A stretch of DNA of 64,000 bases, taken from the IMG/VR virus record IMGVR_UViG_3300013006_000020, positions 1 to 64,000 of that record; one strand, given 5' to 3'. The position numbers and the translations under genes are program-made. Each line of letters opens with the position of its first letter. The stretch's first letter is position 1. Positions 17,775-27,490 of this stretch are shown here, in pieces. This DNA comes from a virus. The notes under the pieces are model-generated. The model ran no database searches, had not been told where the DNA came from, and saw only the letters and a program-made list of their open reading frames with translations.

Positions 17775-18070
17775 AATCAATACCCAAACTAATTTGGCCA
17801 ATTTTTCTTTCGTACTCAATGGTTGCCTGCGATACTACGCCAAAAATAATACCAGACCAAACCGGTGACAGTGCAGTTATGTTATCAATTAAAAAATCAA
17901 TCGAGCATCAATCAACTGATACAACTGGCTACGGTTGGCTTTTTTGGTATGCCCCTGTTGCATTAATAGCACTGCTTTGGGCATATAGAGAATTTATTAG
18001 AAAACCATTGCTTTGCGATGATGGCGATGTAAAAGACGAGCCAGTGGAAAATAAGGAAGAGACTACGTGA
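17771..18070 (+). CDS. lipoprotein with second TM segment (spanin-like?)
   Basis: Signal ending MVA-C, then GWLFWYAPVALIALLWAY. Confidence 0.5.
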   Translation: MKSIPKLIWPIFLSYSMVACDTTPKIIPDQTGDSAVMLSIKKSIEHQSTDTTGYGWLFWYAPVALIALLWAYREFIRKPLLCDDGDVKDEPVENKEETT

Positions 18071-18115
18071 AAGCCTAATTTGGATTCGGCTAGCCATAGC
18101 TATGCACGCTAGCTT

Positions 18116-18364
18116 TTACGCCTGATCTAGGCTTTCACTATTAACTTTTTTTAATGTACCATCAATATACTGAAAAACCAAAAACGAAGAAGGCACGTCT
18201 TCTTTATTTTTTTCAGCTCGTCGCTTTGCTCTTTTTAACTCATCTTTAGTCAAAAGAAGCGGATAAACGTCTCCGTCTGATTCCAAAAACGCACAAAAGT
18301 AATAAAACATAGCCTCAGACGGCTTTTTATTCTGGTTGCGAATTGCATTCTTTTTCTTCTTCAT
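18116..18364 (-). CDS. hypothetical protein
   Basis: 82 aa, overlaps end of 18327-18989. Confidence 0.6.
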   Translation of the reverse strand: MKKKKNAIRNQNKKPSEAMFYYFCAFLESDGDVYPLLLTKDELKRAKRRAEKNKEDVPSSFLVFQYIDGTLKKVNSESLDQA

Positions 18365-18989
18365 CTAGATAAAATACACCATTGTCCTCAGAAACAGACC
18401 AACGATCACATGTTTCTGCACTCCAATTTGATTCAGAAACACGATATCCACACGCTCCTGGATTTGGTTTATTTCCAATAAAGTACGCATCCTTAAAAGC
18501 AATTCTATTTGTTGGAAGTGCTGCAATTTGACCATTATCCAATTTTATTAAATGAGCGCATTTATCTTGATCAGATGTGCTAACAAAAGATGTGTCTGGA
18601 TTCCCATCCTTCAGCCACTCCACTGAACACCAATACTCACCACCCACCATTTTTTTATTTCTTAAAAAGCAATCGCACTGGTGCCCAAGTAAATAATCCC
18701 ACTGAATTACCTGTGTCTTTTCCGTAAAACAATCCCATAGCTGTAGATTCTCAAGATCATAGTACTCAATTTTTTCATCAGCATCAGGCTTGTACCACCA
18801 CATTGAATGAATGGGAAGACCACGCCAGTGTGCTCCAGACTTCAACATTACATGAAAAAGGAGCGCTCGTGCTCTCATTGATTTAATCCCAAAGATGTAC
18901 CCTTCAGTAAATCCCTCTATCTCTTCGTCCATATTATATAGAAATTGATTTTTAACAAATACCTTCAGGACTGGAGTGTTGGTGTGCAT
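18327..18989 (-). CDS. hypothetical phage protein
   Basis: 220 aa; CTATAAT 5 nt upstream of ATG. Confidence 0.75.
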   Translation of the reverse strand: MHTNTPVLKVFVKNQFLYNMDEEIEGFTEGYIFGIKSMRARALLFHVMLKSGAHWRGLPIHSMWWYKPDADEKIEYYDLENLQLWDCFTEKTQVIQWDYLLGHQCDCFLRNKKMVGGEYWCSVEWLKDGNPDTSFVSTSDQDKCAHLIKLDNGQIAALPTNRIAFKDAYFIGNKPNPGACGYRVSESNWSAETCDRWSVSEDNGVFYLDEEEKECNSQPE

Positions 18990-18994
18990 GAAAT

Positions 18995-19030
18995 ATTATA
19001 GAGCTTTTAGTCTTTAAAACTAATGTGTAT
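18995..19030. promoter_or_regulatory. divergent CTATAAT (minus) / GTGTAT (plus) promoter-like pair
   Basis: ATTATAG 18995-19001; GTGTAT 19025-19030, 8 nt before ATG 19039. Confidence 0.55.
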
Positions 19031-19038
19031 ATCAAATC

Positions 19039-20973
19039 ATGAAGGTCTTTGAAGGCGAAAAAGAAATAGCGTCACTTGTAGCTAACAATAAAACAAAGTG
19101 CGATTCTACTTTGGTTACTGATATTTCAGTAAAAACAGATTCGCTAAATAATGTCTGCAAAGGGAATGCATGCGCAATTGCCTCTATTGCACCCAATGGA
19201 TACAAGCCAACGGATGATGTAACCACATTATCCTCAATACTTGTAAGTGATATATGGAATGCAAATGATGATGTCTTCACCTCAGAAGAAATTCTTTCTA
19301 GATACTCTACCGCAAAATTTAAACCAATAAACTGGATGCATAAGGGTTCTGAAGACACCGAAAATGAAAATATCGGCGTCATGCTTGAGACTACCCTAGT
19401 CGAGGGTGATGTCCCTGAAGTTAATATAATTAAAGCCGAAGACGCTTCTTGCAGCGATCCTAGAGCGTGCAGTGGAAAAATACACGTTAAACAAGACGGT
19501 ATTATTTGGTCTGGTTATTTCCCAACCTATGCACAAAAAATCAAAAAAGGAATTCAAGACGGTAAGCTTTTCGTTTCAATGGAATGTTTCTTTGAAGATT
19601 TTGGTTATGCCTTAAGAAATAGCGAAGATTCTGAAATTATATTCCTTGACAGAACTGATGCAAACTCAAAGATGTCAAAGGATCTTATTGCTTTTGGCGG
19701 CAAGGGTACAACTCAATATAAAGGTCAGAAATATCAAATTGGTAGATGGCTAAAGAAAATAACTTTTTCTGGTCAGGGCGTTGTATACGAGCCAGCGAAT
19801 AAGAAAAAGAACAAAATATACAGCATAATTTTTGCTCAAACAGCACAGGATCTTATGAATGCAAATTCCCCAATCCCAACTGTTCAGGAGCCTGGGGCTA
19901 TTCTAAATCCTGCAGAGATGATGGACGATACTTCAAATGTCTCTAGAACAGACACCCCACAAGATCTCAAAAATAAAAGAGAGATGCCAACAACATATAC
20001 CGCACCATCAGACGGTTTCATGTTCTTTACAGCAAAAGAAGCTGAATCTGTTGGTAAAATTAAGCTTGGGTGTACTGGATATCACCTGTACCAAGAAGAT
20101 AGACATGGTGATAAGCCACTACTTTATTCTGCGCTGATTGCAGACCCAACAGATCTTGAAAAGCAAATGGCAATACCACAGTATCGTCCATGCGAGGACG
20201 AGCGCGAGCTTCGTTTTGTTCTTAAAGAGCTTGGTATTTCACAAGAATCAGAAACCTCTTATTATATAGACAAACCAGAGGGTGATACAGATCCTGAGAT
20301 TGATCCTGCAACTGGTCTCCCAAGGAATCCAAGTTCTGGCGCCTTTGATCCCGCAACTGGTCTTCCTACAGGTCGTTCTGATGCACCAAATCAAGGGGGT
20401 GCAATTACAACTAGATCACAGATAACAAATGTTTCAAATATAAAAAAAGAAGTGTATAAAAATAAAGAGGAAAAAATGTCCGAACAAAACATCACAGAAA
20501 ACGCCCAAATCACCGAGCTTAAAGAGCAGCTCTCATACGCAGAACAAGCAATTGTTTTGGCTACTTCACATATTGAAAATATGAACTTCAAGCTGTCAAG
20601 AATTGATGAGCTAGAGAGTTTTAAGGCGCAAGCTGAGCAAATTATTGAAGAGGCATATGATAACAAGGTGGCACAAGACAGACTCACCGAAATGCGTGAA
20701 ATTGTGGGCGAAAGCTACACAGAAGAAGATCTACCAGAGCTAAAGGCTATGTCTGAAGCGTCTTTTGCCGAACTTCGTAAGGCTGTAAGCAAAGTAAGCT
20801 CGAAGATCGAAAAAGTAATTACAGAACAAGAAATAGTAGCAAGAGCTTCTCATGCAATCTCACAAGCAAAGAAGCAACAAGCTCAAACCCCAAATTTTGT
20901 TGTAGCGACAAAGCATGAGAACAAGGCCGACGTGGCGAAAAATCTCATAGCTCATGCGCTGCGAAGAAAATAA
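19039..20973 (+). CDS. prohead protease / scaffold fusion
   Basis: WNANDDVF, KPINWMH, LFVSMECFF, FSGQGVVYEPAN protease-like motifs; central DUF3721-like motif; coiled-coil C-terminus; between portal and capsid. Confidence 0.75.
   Translation: MKVFEGEKEIASLVANNKTKCDSTLVTDISVKTDSLNNVCKGNACAIASIAPNGYKPTDDVTTLSSILVSDIWNANDDVFTSEEILSRYSTAKFKPINWMHKGSEDTENENIGVMLETTLVEGDVPEVNIIKAEDASCSDPRACSGKIHVKQDGIIWSGYFPTYAQKIKKGIQDGKLFVSMECFFEDFGYALRNSEDSEIIFLDRTDANSKMSKDLIAFGGKGTTQYKGQKYQIGRWLKKITFSGQGVVYEPANKKKNKIYSIIFAQTAQDLMNANSPIPTVQEPGAILNPAEMMDDTSNVSRTDTPQDLKNKREMPTTYTAPSDGFMFFTAKEAESVGKIKLGCTGYHLYQEDRHGDKPLLYSALIADPTDLEKQMAIPQYRPCEDERELRFVLKELGISQESETSYYIDKPEGDTDPEIDPATGLPRNPSSGAFDPATGLPTGRSDAPNQGGAITTRSQITNVSNIKKEVYKNKEEKMSEQNITENAQITELKEQLSYAEQAIVLATSHIENMNFKLSRIDELESFKAQAEQIIEEAYDNKVAQDRLTEMREIVGESYTEEDLPELKAMSEASFAELRKAVSKVSSKIEKVITEQEIVARASHAISQAKKQQAQTPNFVVATKHENKADVAKNLIAHALRRK
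20476..20973 (+). CDS. nested in-frame scaffold protein (MSEQNITENAQ...)
   Basis: Internal GTGTAT at 20452 and AGAGG RBS before in-frame ATG 20476; coiled-coil 165 aa. Confidence 0.6.
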   Translation: MSEQNITENAQITELKEQLSYAEQAIVLATSHIENMNFKLSRIDELESFKAQAEQIIEEAYDNKVAQDRLTEMREIVGESYTEEDLPELKAMSEASFAELRKAVSKVSSKIEKVITEQEIVARASHAISQAKKQQAQTPNFVVATKHENKADVAKNLIAHALRRK

Positions 20974-21019
20974 TTAAAGCAAATTTTAAATTTGTGTATA
21001 ATAAAACAAAGGTAAAACA

Positions 21020-21595
21020 ATGGCATTAAAACCTGATAGAAACGAACTCGACGTAGACATCTCTTATTTCTGGGCTACCGGTATTGGTTATGGTAGCGAG
21101 CGTGGTGGCTGGTGCAGCGCGACTGGTGTAAACGCTGCTGCAAGCAACGTTGCCTCTGGTGCCGCTATGGACCAATCAGCAAACCAAGTCTGGTACGGCT
21201 TAAGCGCTACTGGCGTTCGTCCCATTGGTCTTCTCCTCAACGATGTAGTAAATATCGATCTCACCAGACAGATCCTCAATCCATACAAGAGCGAGGTTCA
21301 AGTTGGTGATAAGGTCACCCTACTAAAGAAGGGCTACGTTGTAACAAATAGAATAGTGGAAAGCATTGGTGCTGTAGTAGTTAGAATTACACCAGGCGCA
21401 CCAGCATTTACTGGCCCAAGCGGATTCATCACTAGCGTAGCGTCAGGTACTGTCCACATGCTTCAGCCAACAGGTGCTACCCAAGACTGGACATCTAGAG
21501 GAATGCTTAATAGCGCCTCAGGCTCGTATGTTGTTGGTAAATTCCTAAGCAGACCAGACGAAGATGGCTATGCTAAGGTCTACGTTGATCTATGA
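21020..21595 (+). CDS. head decoration / capsid-associated protein
   Basis: Immediately before MCP; PIGLLLNDV..., VGDKVTLLKKGYVVT beta-rich pattern. Confidence 0.65.
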   Translation: MALKPDRNELDVDISYFWATGIGYGSERGGWCSATGVNAAASNVASGAAMDQSANQVWYGLSATGVRPIGLLLNDVVNIDLTRQILNPYKSEVQVGDKVTLLKKGYVVTNRIVESIGAVVVRITPGAPAFTGPSGFITSVASGTVHMLQPTGATQDWTSRGMLNSASGSYVVGKFLSRPDEDGYAKVYVDL

Positions 21596-21633
21596 TAATT
21601 GCGCTGATCTAAAATAAAAAAGGTATAAAAACA

Positions 21634-22698
21634 ATGAATAACGAAATCAAAGACAGCGTAGAAACACAAGAATTAACCGATGCAGCAAAGCAGCTGCTTT
21701 CCGATGCTGGCAGCAACGATAAGGCCGTTTCAATGAGAGCGCAAGCTCAAATTGCTAAGGGTATTGCTTCAGCCCTGAACGAGTTTAACTACTCTGAGGC
21801 TGTTGAAGGCCCAATCAGAGAGGGTATACTCAAGGGCGACGTTGTTTCTGATATCTTCGTTACCGAAGACTTCAGCACCACCAATGACCTTAGAATCCCA
21901 CTCGACCTTCTTGCTCCAGGCACAGAGAAGGATCACGTTGCCTACGTCATTCCAGACCACGGCAAGATCCCAATGCGTAGAGTTGAGGCTGATTACATTC
22001 AATTGAACACCTACATGATAGGCAGCTCAATTGACTGCACTAGAAAGTTCCTCAAGAATGCTAGATTCGATGTTCTTCGTAGAATGATCGAAGTTCTCAA
22101 CATGTCCTTCGTTAAGAAGAACAACGACGACGGCTGGCAGACTCTTCTTGCCGCTGCCTACGGTCGTGGTATCGCCGCTTATGACGCTGACGCTCCAGCG
22201 GGTTCTTTCACCCCCAAGCTCGTTAGCCTCATGAAGACTATAGTTCGTAGAAACGGTGGTGGTAACTCCACTAGCACTAATCGTCGTAAGCTCACCGATC
22301 TTTACATGTCTCCAGAGGCATTTGAAGACATGAGCGCGTGGGGTCTGAGCTTGGTTTCTGACGACATCAGAAGCTCCATCCAAAGAAGCGAAGAAGGCGC
22401 AGTCCGTGGTATGTATGGCGTAAACTTCCATGATCTTGATGAGCTTGGTGTTGGTCAAGAGTATCAACTCTACTACGAGAGCACTCTTAGTGGCACCAAG
22501 GGTCCATCTGATGAAGAGATAGTAATCGGTCTTGACCTCACTCAGCCCGACAAGTCTTTCATCCACCCAGTGTCTCAGAAGATCGAGATCACTGAAGATG
22601 AAAACCTCCACAGACACGGCCTAGTTGGCTTCTACGGTTCTATGGAAGGTGGATGGGCTTGCCTTGACGTTCGCTACATCCTCGCTGGCTCCTTCTGA
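21634..22698 (+). CDS. major capsid protein (HK97-like)
   Basis: 354 aa, position after scaffold/decoration, DLYMSPEAFED, C-ending codon bias, followed by terminator. Confidence 0.85.
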   Translation: MNNEIKDSVETQELTDAAKQLLSDAGSNDKAVSMRAQAQIAKGIASALNEFNYSEAVEGPIREGILKGDVVSDIFVTEDFSTTNDLRIPLDLLAPGTEKDHVAYVIPDHGKIPMRRVEADYIQLNTYMIGSSIDCTRKFLKNARFDVLRRMIEVLNMSFVKKNNDDGWQTLLAAAYGRGIAAYDADAPAGSFTPKLVSLMKTIVRRNGGGNSTSTNRRKLTDLYMSPEAFEDMSAWGLSLVSDDIRSSIQRSEEGAVRGMYGVNFHDLDELGVGQEYQLYYESTLSGTKGPSDEEIVIGLDLTQPDKSFIHPVSQKIEITEDENLHRHGLVGFYGSMEGGWACLDVRYILAGSF

Positions 22699-22721
22699 GT
22701 TAAGCTAACGCAACTATTAAG

Positions 22722-22753
22722 AATCCCGTCCCTTTGGGGCGGGATTTTTATTT
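22722..22753 (+). terminator. intrinsic terminator after MCP
   Basis: AATCCCGTCCC-TTT-GGGGCGGGATT followed by T-rich tail. Confidence 0.8.
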
Positions 22754-22776
22754 GTGTATTTCAATTAGAGGAAAAA

Positions 22777-23259
22777 ATGCCATTAGCCCCTACAAATCCA
22801 AGCAATGTTAGCGGAGTGACGAATCGCGCTATAGTTTATCAAAATCCCACAGTACAGCAATTTATTACATACGGAATAGTTGGTTTAACTTCTGAAAATA
22901 TCGTAGCGAATCAATTTGTATACGACAAAACAATTAAGCCATTTGCCACAGGTTGGCCAGGAATAGACTCAAACGGTAGATATGTTTTTGCTTCAGAAAG
23001 TGGTCACCACGGTGAGCCAGTAGAATCAATTATTATTTATAATCCAGGCCCAACAGCAATTCGTGTTGGTTTTAACATACCTGTATCAGGAAGCTGGTCT
23101 GCAGAAACAGGATTCCCTCTTGGCTCTGGCGACAGTATACAGCTTGGTGGTCAAAATATCGCCACTGTAAGAAATGCATGGGCAAAAACCGTTACTGGCG
23201 ATATGGGTGCTGGTCAAGTAATTTACATTCAAACATATCCAAAAGATCACTGGGTCTAA
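22777..23259 (+). CDS. putative virion structural protein
   Basis: Beta-rich 160 aa; GTGTAT plus GAGG upstream. Confidence 0.6.
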   Translation: MPLAPTNPSNVSGVTNRAIVYQNPTVQQFITYGIVGLTSENIVANQFVYDKTIKPFATGWPGIDSNGRYVFASESGHHGEPVESIIIYNPGPTAIRVGFNIPVSGSWSAETGFPLGSGDSIQLGGQNIATVRNAWAKTVTGDMGAGQVIYIQTYPKDHWV

Positions 23260-23262
23260 AAA

Positions 23263-23790
23263 ATGCCAACAGTAAACAGCTGGACAGATGTTTTACCAGA
23301 AAGATTGCGCTATTATATAGGCGATTTAGATTCGCCACAAAGATATACAGACACAATACTTCAAAGTTTTATTACACTTGCTGCGGCAGCTGTTGTTTCT
23401 GAGGTCCAGCTAATCAATAACACCTTTTTAATAGATACAGCCAACAACACTATATCCCCTGATCCAATTATTAGCGGTGATGTTGACCGCGGAATTGCCG
23501 CTTTGTTTGTCTTTAAAGCAGGGTCAATAGTGGCAATGTCAGAAATGCGTAGAGATGCGGCAAAATATGGTGTTAAAATCAGAGATGATGTTACATCATA
23601 TGATGGAACAGCTGCGCTAAAAGCACGAAGCGACTCCTATAAAGTTTATCTTGAAAATTATGAGAAGGCTCGCTGGGCATGGGAGAAGGGTAATCGTGCA
23701 ACACTTAAGGCTATCTTTGGAGCTTACGAAAGCGCCAATATTGGTCAAACAAGCGTCGATTTTTACTGGCCAACAATTAGTAGGAGATAA
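23263..23790 (+). CDS. head-tail adaptor
   Basis: LRYYIGDLDSPQRYTD helical connector pattern; synteny. Confidence 0.6.
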   Translation: MPTVNSWTDVLPERLRYYIGDLDSPQRYTDTILQSFITLAAAAVVSEVQLINNTFLIDTANNTISPDPIISGDVDRGIAALFVFKAGSIVAMSEMRRDAAKYGVKIRDDVTSYDGTAALKARSDSYKVYLENYEKARWAWEKGNRATLKAIFGAYESANIGQTSVDFYWPTISRR

Positions 23791-23792
23791 AG

Positions 23793-24323
23793 ATGGGAAA
23801 TCTGTCAAGCTCAGAGTTAAGCGCAATAAAAGCAGAATGGCGCAGTGTAGCAACTGACTTGACTGATGGCTTTGGTATGTCTTGCAAGCTTGTTTTTGCT
23901 CATGCTGTTGAGGCTACAACTTCTGTTTCTCAAGACCCAATAGGCAAAAAAGAAGCCTTTATGCCTGGATTTGGTGGTAGATCAAACCCAAGACTTGTTC
24001 CTGGTATAGGTAATTCTAATTTACCAATAGCACCAACTGGTTTAAAGATACTAGAAAATACAAAAACAATAATTGCACGAGTCTACGGAGCCAATAAGGA
24101 ATACAAGGAGCTTAATCCAGCAGCTGGTATTTCCGAGAATGTGTGGAAAATGATTTGCGCAAAAGAGTATGCTCCAGATCTAGTGAGGTGCACAGATGCT
24201 GTTTTTGATCCGTCATTTAAGGGTAGGGAAATAAAGGTAAAAATTTTAATGGCTCCAGTGCCTTATGGTCTTGGTGGTTATCACCAGGTAAAGACCTATT
24301 GGGTGGAGATATCAAATGGCTAA
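23793..24323 (+). CDS. putative head closure/neck protein
   Basis: Synteny and size. Confidence 0.45.
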   Translation: MGNLSSSELSAIKAEWRSVATDLTDGFGMSCKLVFAHAVEATTSVSQDPIGKKEAFMPGFGGRSNPRLVPGIGNSNLPIAPTGLKILENTKTIIARVYGANKEYKELNPAAGISENVWKMICAKEYAPDLVRCTDAVFDPSFKGREIKVKILMAPVPYGLGGYHQVKTYWVEISNG

Positions 24324-25296
24324 AGGCGCAAAAATTGGCGCTGAAATATTGATATTAGATCAGACAGAATACTCTGCCGCAATCCGACAGCTGCAAAAAG
24401 ATCTACGTGGTCTTGGTGCTATTTCTAGATTAATGAAGCGCGCAGTTAATGTCGCTGCTAAAAAAACAGCCTCTTATTTAGCTAACAGATTTCGAGAGTT
24501 TGTCATCAATGATCCAAACATCAAACAAGCTATGAACGATCTTGAGCTTCGAGGCGCCCTTGGCTTGAGAAAAGAAAGCAAAGTTGAAGATTTAATCTTT
24601 AAGAAAGCCCGTGCATTTTTTAAAGTAGAAATAAACCAAAATGGCACAGACGGTACTGTACGATTTAAAAACGCAACTAATTTAGACAAAATTGCCTCAT
24701 CAATATCCTACGTCTCCAAAAGATCTTTTTTGTCTCCTTATTCAGATCAAAAAGTTAAAAAATCGACACCCCAAAAAATAAACTGGTTTGAGTGGTTGCT
24801 TCGTCCGTCTAAAGGTAATATTCAAGGATACAGCGTGTGGCCTGGGGTTGGAAATAACCAGTCATTAAGCCCCAAACTACAACCTCTTAAAGATACAATT
24901 TTAGAAAACGTTGCCAAGCGATCACGAAGCGGAACCCACACAATGTTATTTGGTGGTTCTTTTGCTATAAAGTCATGGGTAAATCGCAAAAAAGATATTA
25001 ATATCGATGTTGAATTTATAAAAACGGCCAATGAAGAAGCCGCTCAATATTTTCGTGTAGCCCTACAGGAACAGGTGCTAAAATATGGTGGAAATAAAAG
25101 AGGAATAATTACAGAGGGCAGAGCTGGAGGCCTAGAAGGCCGCGCTGTTTCAAGAGCCGCTAGTGCAGAGGATAAAGCTCAGGCATCGGAATTGGTAAAA
25201 CAAATCCTTGAAGCGGCTCAAAGGGGTCAAAAAACATTTATGGGCAAACCAATTCAGGGATTGCTAAACTTGGTTCGTGGAATAGAAGGAGGATAA
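24316..25296 (+). CDS. putative neck/tail completion protein
   Basis: Basic 326 aa, INWFEWLL motif; synteny. Confidence 0.45.
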   Translation: MAKGAKIGAEILILDQTEYSAAIRQLQKDLRGLGAISRLMKRAVNVAAKKTASYLANRFREFVINDPNIKQAMNDLELRGALGLRKESKVEDLIFKKARAFFKVEINQNGTDGTVRFKNATNLDKIASSISYVSKRSFLSPYSDQKVKKSTPQKINWFEWLLRPSKGNIQGYSVWPGVGNNQSLSPKLQPLKDTILENVAKRSRSGTHTMLFGGSFAIKSWVNRKKDINIDVEFIKTANEEAAQYFRVALQEQVLKYGGNKRGIITEGRAGGLEGRAVSRAASAEDKAQASELVKQILEAAQRGQKTFMGKPIQGLLNLVRGIEGG

Positions 25297-25299
25297 AAC

Positions 25300-26238
25300 A
25301 TGTTCAGGAATCTTACTTATTTAGGACAGTACAGTAACAGGGCGCAAATACGCGAAAATCTCACTTGGAGATTGCGCGAGTCTTTTATAAATATTGGCGC
25401 TTATTACAATATAGAATCTGGAACAAAATCATTTGACGGCAGTGAAATGGCCGTACTTAAACCATCTTACCGTCCCGAGCTTCATAACGCTTCTGGATTT
25501 AAGTTTTGGCAAGGATTAAGTTCCGATTGGGTTTGGGAAAATGCTTCACCAACTTATACTGGTGGATCAAATCCAATACAAGTGAGCGGTATTTTTATCA
25601 ATGACGTGTTTTACCCAACTGGCACCGTTGGTACATTTCAATACTATGTTGATTATGCTAGAGGTGGCATAGTTTTCACAAACGCCCTTACTGAAAGTGG
25701 AAACACTATTTATTGCAACAGATCAGAGCGTGTAGTATTTGTTTATCCAACCAAATCAAGCCAATACAAACTTCTTTTTACAGAGCATTTGAAAAGATTT
25801 GAAAATTATACCCCTGGATCTGGCGTAGATTCAATACCAAATGAACTTAGATCTTTTATGCCAGCTGTATTTATAGACGTTTCTCAATCTAATGGTGATC
25901 CTTTCCAGCTTGGAGACATTAATAAACTTCAAAACTTTAGTATTGCACTTGACATAATTTCAGAAGATCCTGGGCTTCATGATACAATAGTTGATGCCGC
26001 CCTTGCTTTAGCTGGTCAGGGCGTTAAGATGTTTGACGTTAATAATGCTATAGAAAACCGCAAGTATCCCCTAGACCACAAGGGTCAGGTGGAAAATAGA
26101 ATAAGTGCTGATCAACTGTACTCACTTTACCCATGGAAAACTGGCCGTTTTGATTACAATCCAACAGAAATTGAAGGTTATACAGCTTTGCCTATTTATA
26201 AATCTACAGTTGTGTTTGATTTTGAGATAGTTACGTAG
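25300..26238 (+). CDS. putative tail terminator protein
   Basis: YYVDYARGGIVF, MPAVFID, PFQLG; precedes tail tube. Confidence 0.5.
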   Translation: MFRNLTYLGQYSNRAQIRENLTWRLRESFINIGAYYNIESGTKSFDGSEMAVLKPSYRPELHNASGFKFWQGLSSDWVWENASPTYTGGSNPIQVSGIFINDVFYPTGTVGTFQYYVDYARGGIVFTNALTESGNTIYCNRSERVVFVYPTKSSQYKLLFTEHLKRFENYTPGSGVDSIPNELRSFMPAVFIDVSQSNGDPFQLGDINKLQNFSIALDIISEDPGLHDTIVDAALALAGQGVKMFDVNNAIENRKYPLDHKGQVENRISADQLYSLYPWKTGRFDYNPTEIEGYTALPIYKSTVVFDFEIVT

Positions 26239-26270
26239 TTGTGTATTATTATACGGAGACTATAAAATAA

Positions 26271-27428
26271 ATGGCTGACAACAAAAGACTATATTACGCC
26301 GCATACGGAGTTGGTATTTCAAAAAATACTACAGCTGGCACAGTTGGTTATACAACTGGCTTTATTCCCGTTAGCGGCCTACAAAGCGTTGGTATAGACA
26401 CAACCTTTAACCTCGATACCGTTTTCCAGCTTGGTGAACTAGAGCTTTTTGACCAACCAGAAAATCTTCCAGCTGTTGAGTGCACAATGGAACAGGTTTT
26501 ATGTGGCGCTACATTACTAGCCTGTCTTGGAACCCCGGGAGCTACAACTGGTACTCTTGTAGGTCGTTTCTCGAACGAGCAGTGCAACATTGCTGTTGGC
26601 TTCTGGCAAGATACCGTTGATATAATGGGAACAGGCACCGCCTATGGTGGTCCACCAAGCGGAACTTGCATCATGAGCGGTATGTATGTTAACTCCATTA
26701 ACTTTAACATGCCTGTTGATGGCAACTTTACCCATAGCGTTACTTTCGTTGGAAACAACAAGTTGTGGGTTTATGGAACTGGAGTTGCAGTTGCTAACGC
26801 TACTGGCTTCTTCAACCCAACCAACTTTGGTGCGACTATTGACTCAACTGGCGTTCGCAGACGTTATAACTGGAATCCAACAGGATCCATTCTTCCAAGA
26901 AGCATCGCTGGTGTAAGACCAATTACTGCATCCACGAATTTACCAGCTTCTGGTCAAAGCGCAACTGGTGAAGACGGTGGCTATCTACCAAGAATTCAGT
27001 CCATTCAGATCTCGACAGACTTTGGTCGCCCAGAAATCTTCCAGCTTGGTCGTCGCGCTCCATACGCTCGTTACATTGACTTCCCAGTTGAGGTTACTAC
27101 CACTTTTGAAATTATTAACAGAGCTGGCGATAAAGTTTCTGCTATTGATAACACCGCAAACCTTACCGATGAGCCAATCATTATTGGTCTCAATGACGGA
27201 ACCCTGTTTGACGTAGGTCTTAAAAATAAGCTTACATCTGTTTCAGATACCGGTGGCGATACTGGCGGTGGTAATAGAACCACAACATATACCTATAGCT
27301 CTTACAACACTTTTTACATTAGAGATCCTAAAGATGTTGCTACCTCACCCACTGGTCAGCTTCTTTCAACCGGTGGTACAAATGTTGGTGCTGCTGCTAC
27401 TGCTGGTTTCTCTGGTCCACCAACCTAA
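26271..27428 (+). CDS. major tail (tube) protein
   Basis: Duplicated QSVGIDTTF..VFQLG / QSIQISTDF..IFQLG motif; followed by terminator. Confidence 0.7.
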   Translation: MADNKRLYYAAYGVGISKNTTAGTVGYTTGFIPVSGLQSVGIDTTFNLDTVFQLGELELFDQPENLPAVECTMEQVLCGATLLACLGTPGATTGTLVGRFSNEQCNIAVGFWQDTVDIMGTGTAYGGPPSGTCIMSGMYVNSINFNMPVDGNFTHSVTFVGNNKLWVYGTGVAVANATGFFNPTNFGATIDSTGVRRRYNWNPTGSILPRSIAGVRPITASTNLPASGQSATGEDGGYLPRIQSIQISTDFGRPEIFQLGRRAPYARYIDFPVEVTTTFEIINRAGDKVSAIDNTANLTDEPIIIGLNDGTLFDVGLKNKLTSVSDTGGDTGGGNRTTTYTYSSYNTFYIRDPKDVATSPTGQLLSTGGTNVGAAATAGFSGPPT

Positions 27429-27450
27429 TAGTAGTCTTCAGTTTAAAGAA

Positions 27451-27478
27451 AAGCCCAGCCGAAAGGTTGGGTTTTTTC
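27451..27478 (+). terminator. intrinsic terminator
   Basis: AGCCCAGCC-GAAA-GGTTGGGTT then T-run. Confidence 0.85.
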
Positions 27479-27490
27479 TATAATATTATA

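Noticed and set aside
22027-22617. 196-aa antisense ORF within the capsid gene (and similar shadow ORFs elsewhere)
   Set aside because: Explained by codon bias of the sense gene; no independent signals
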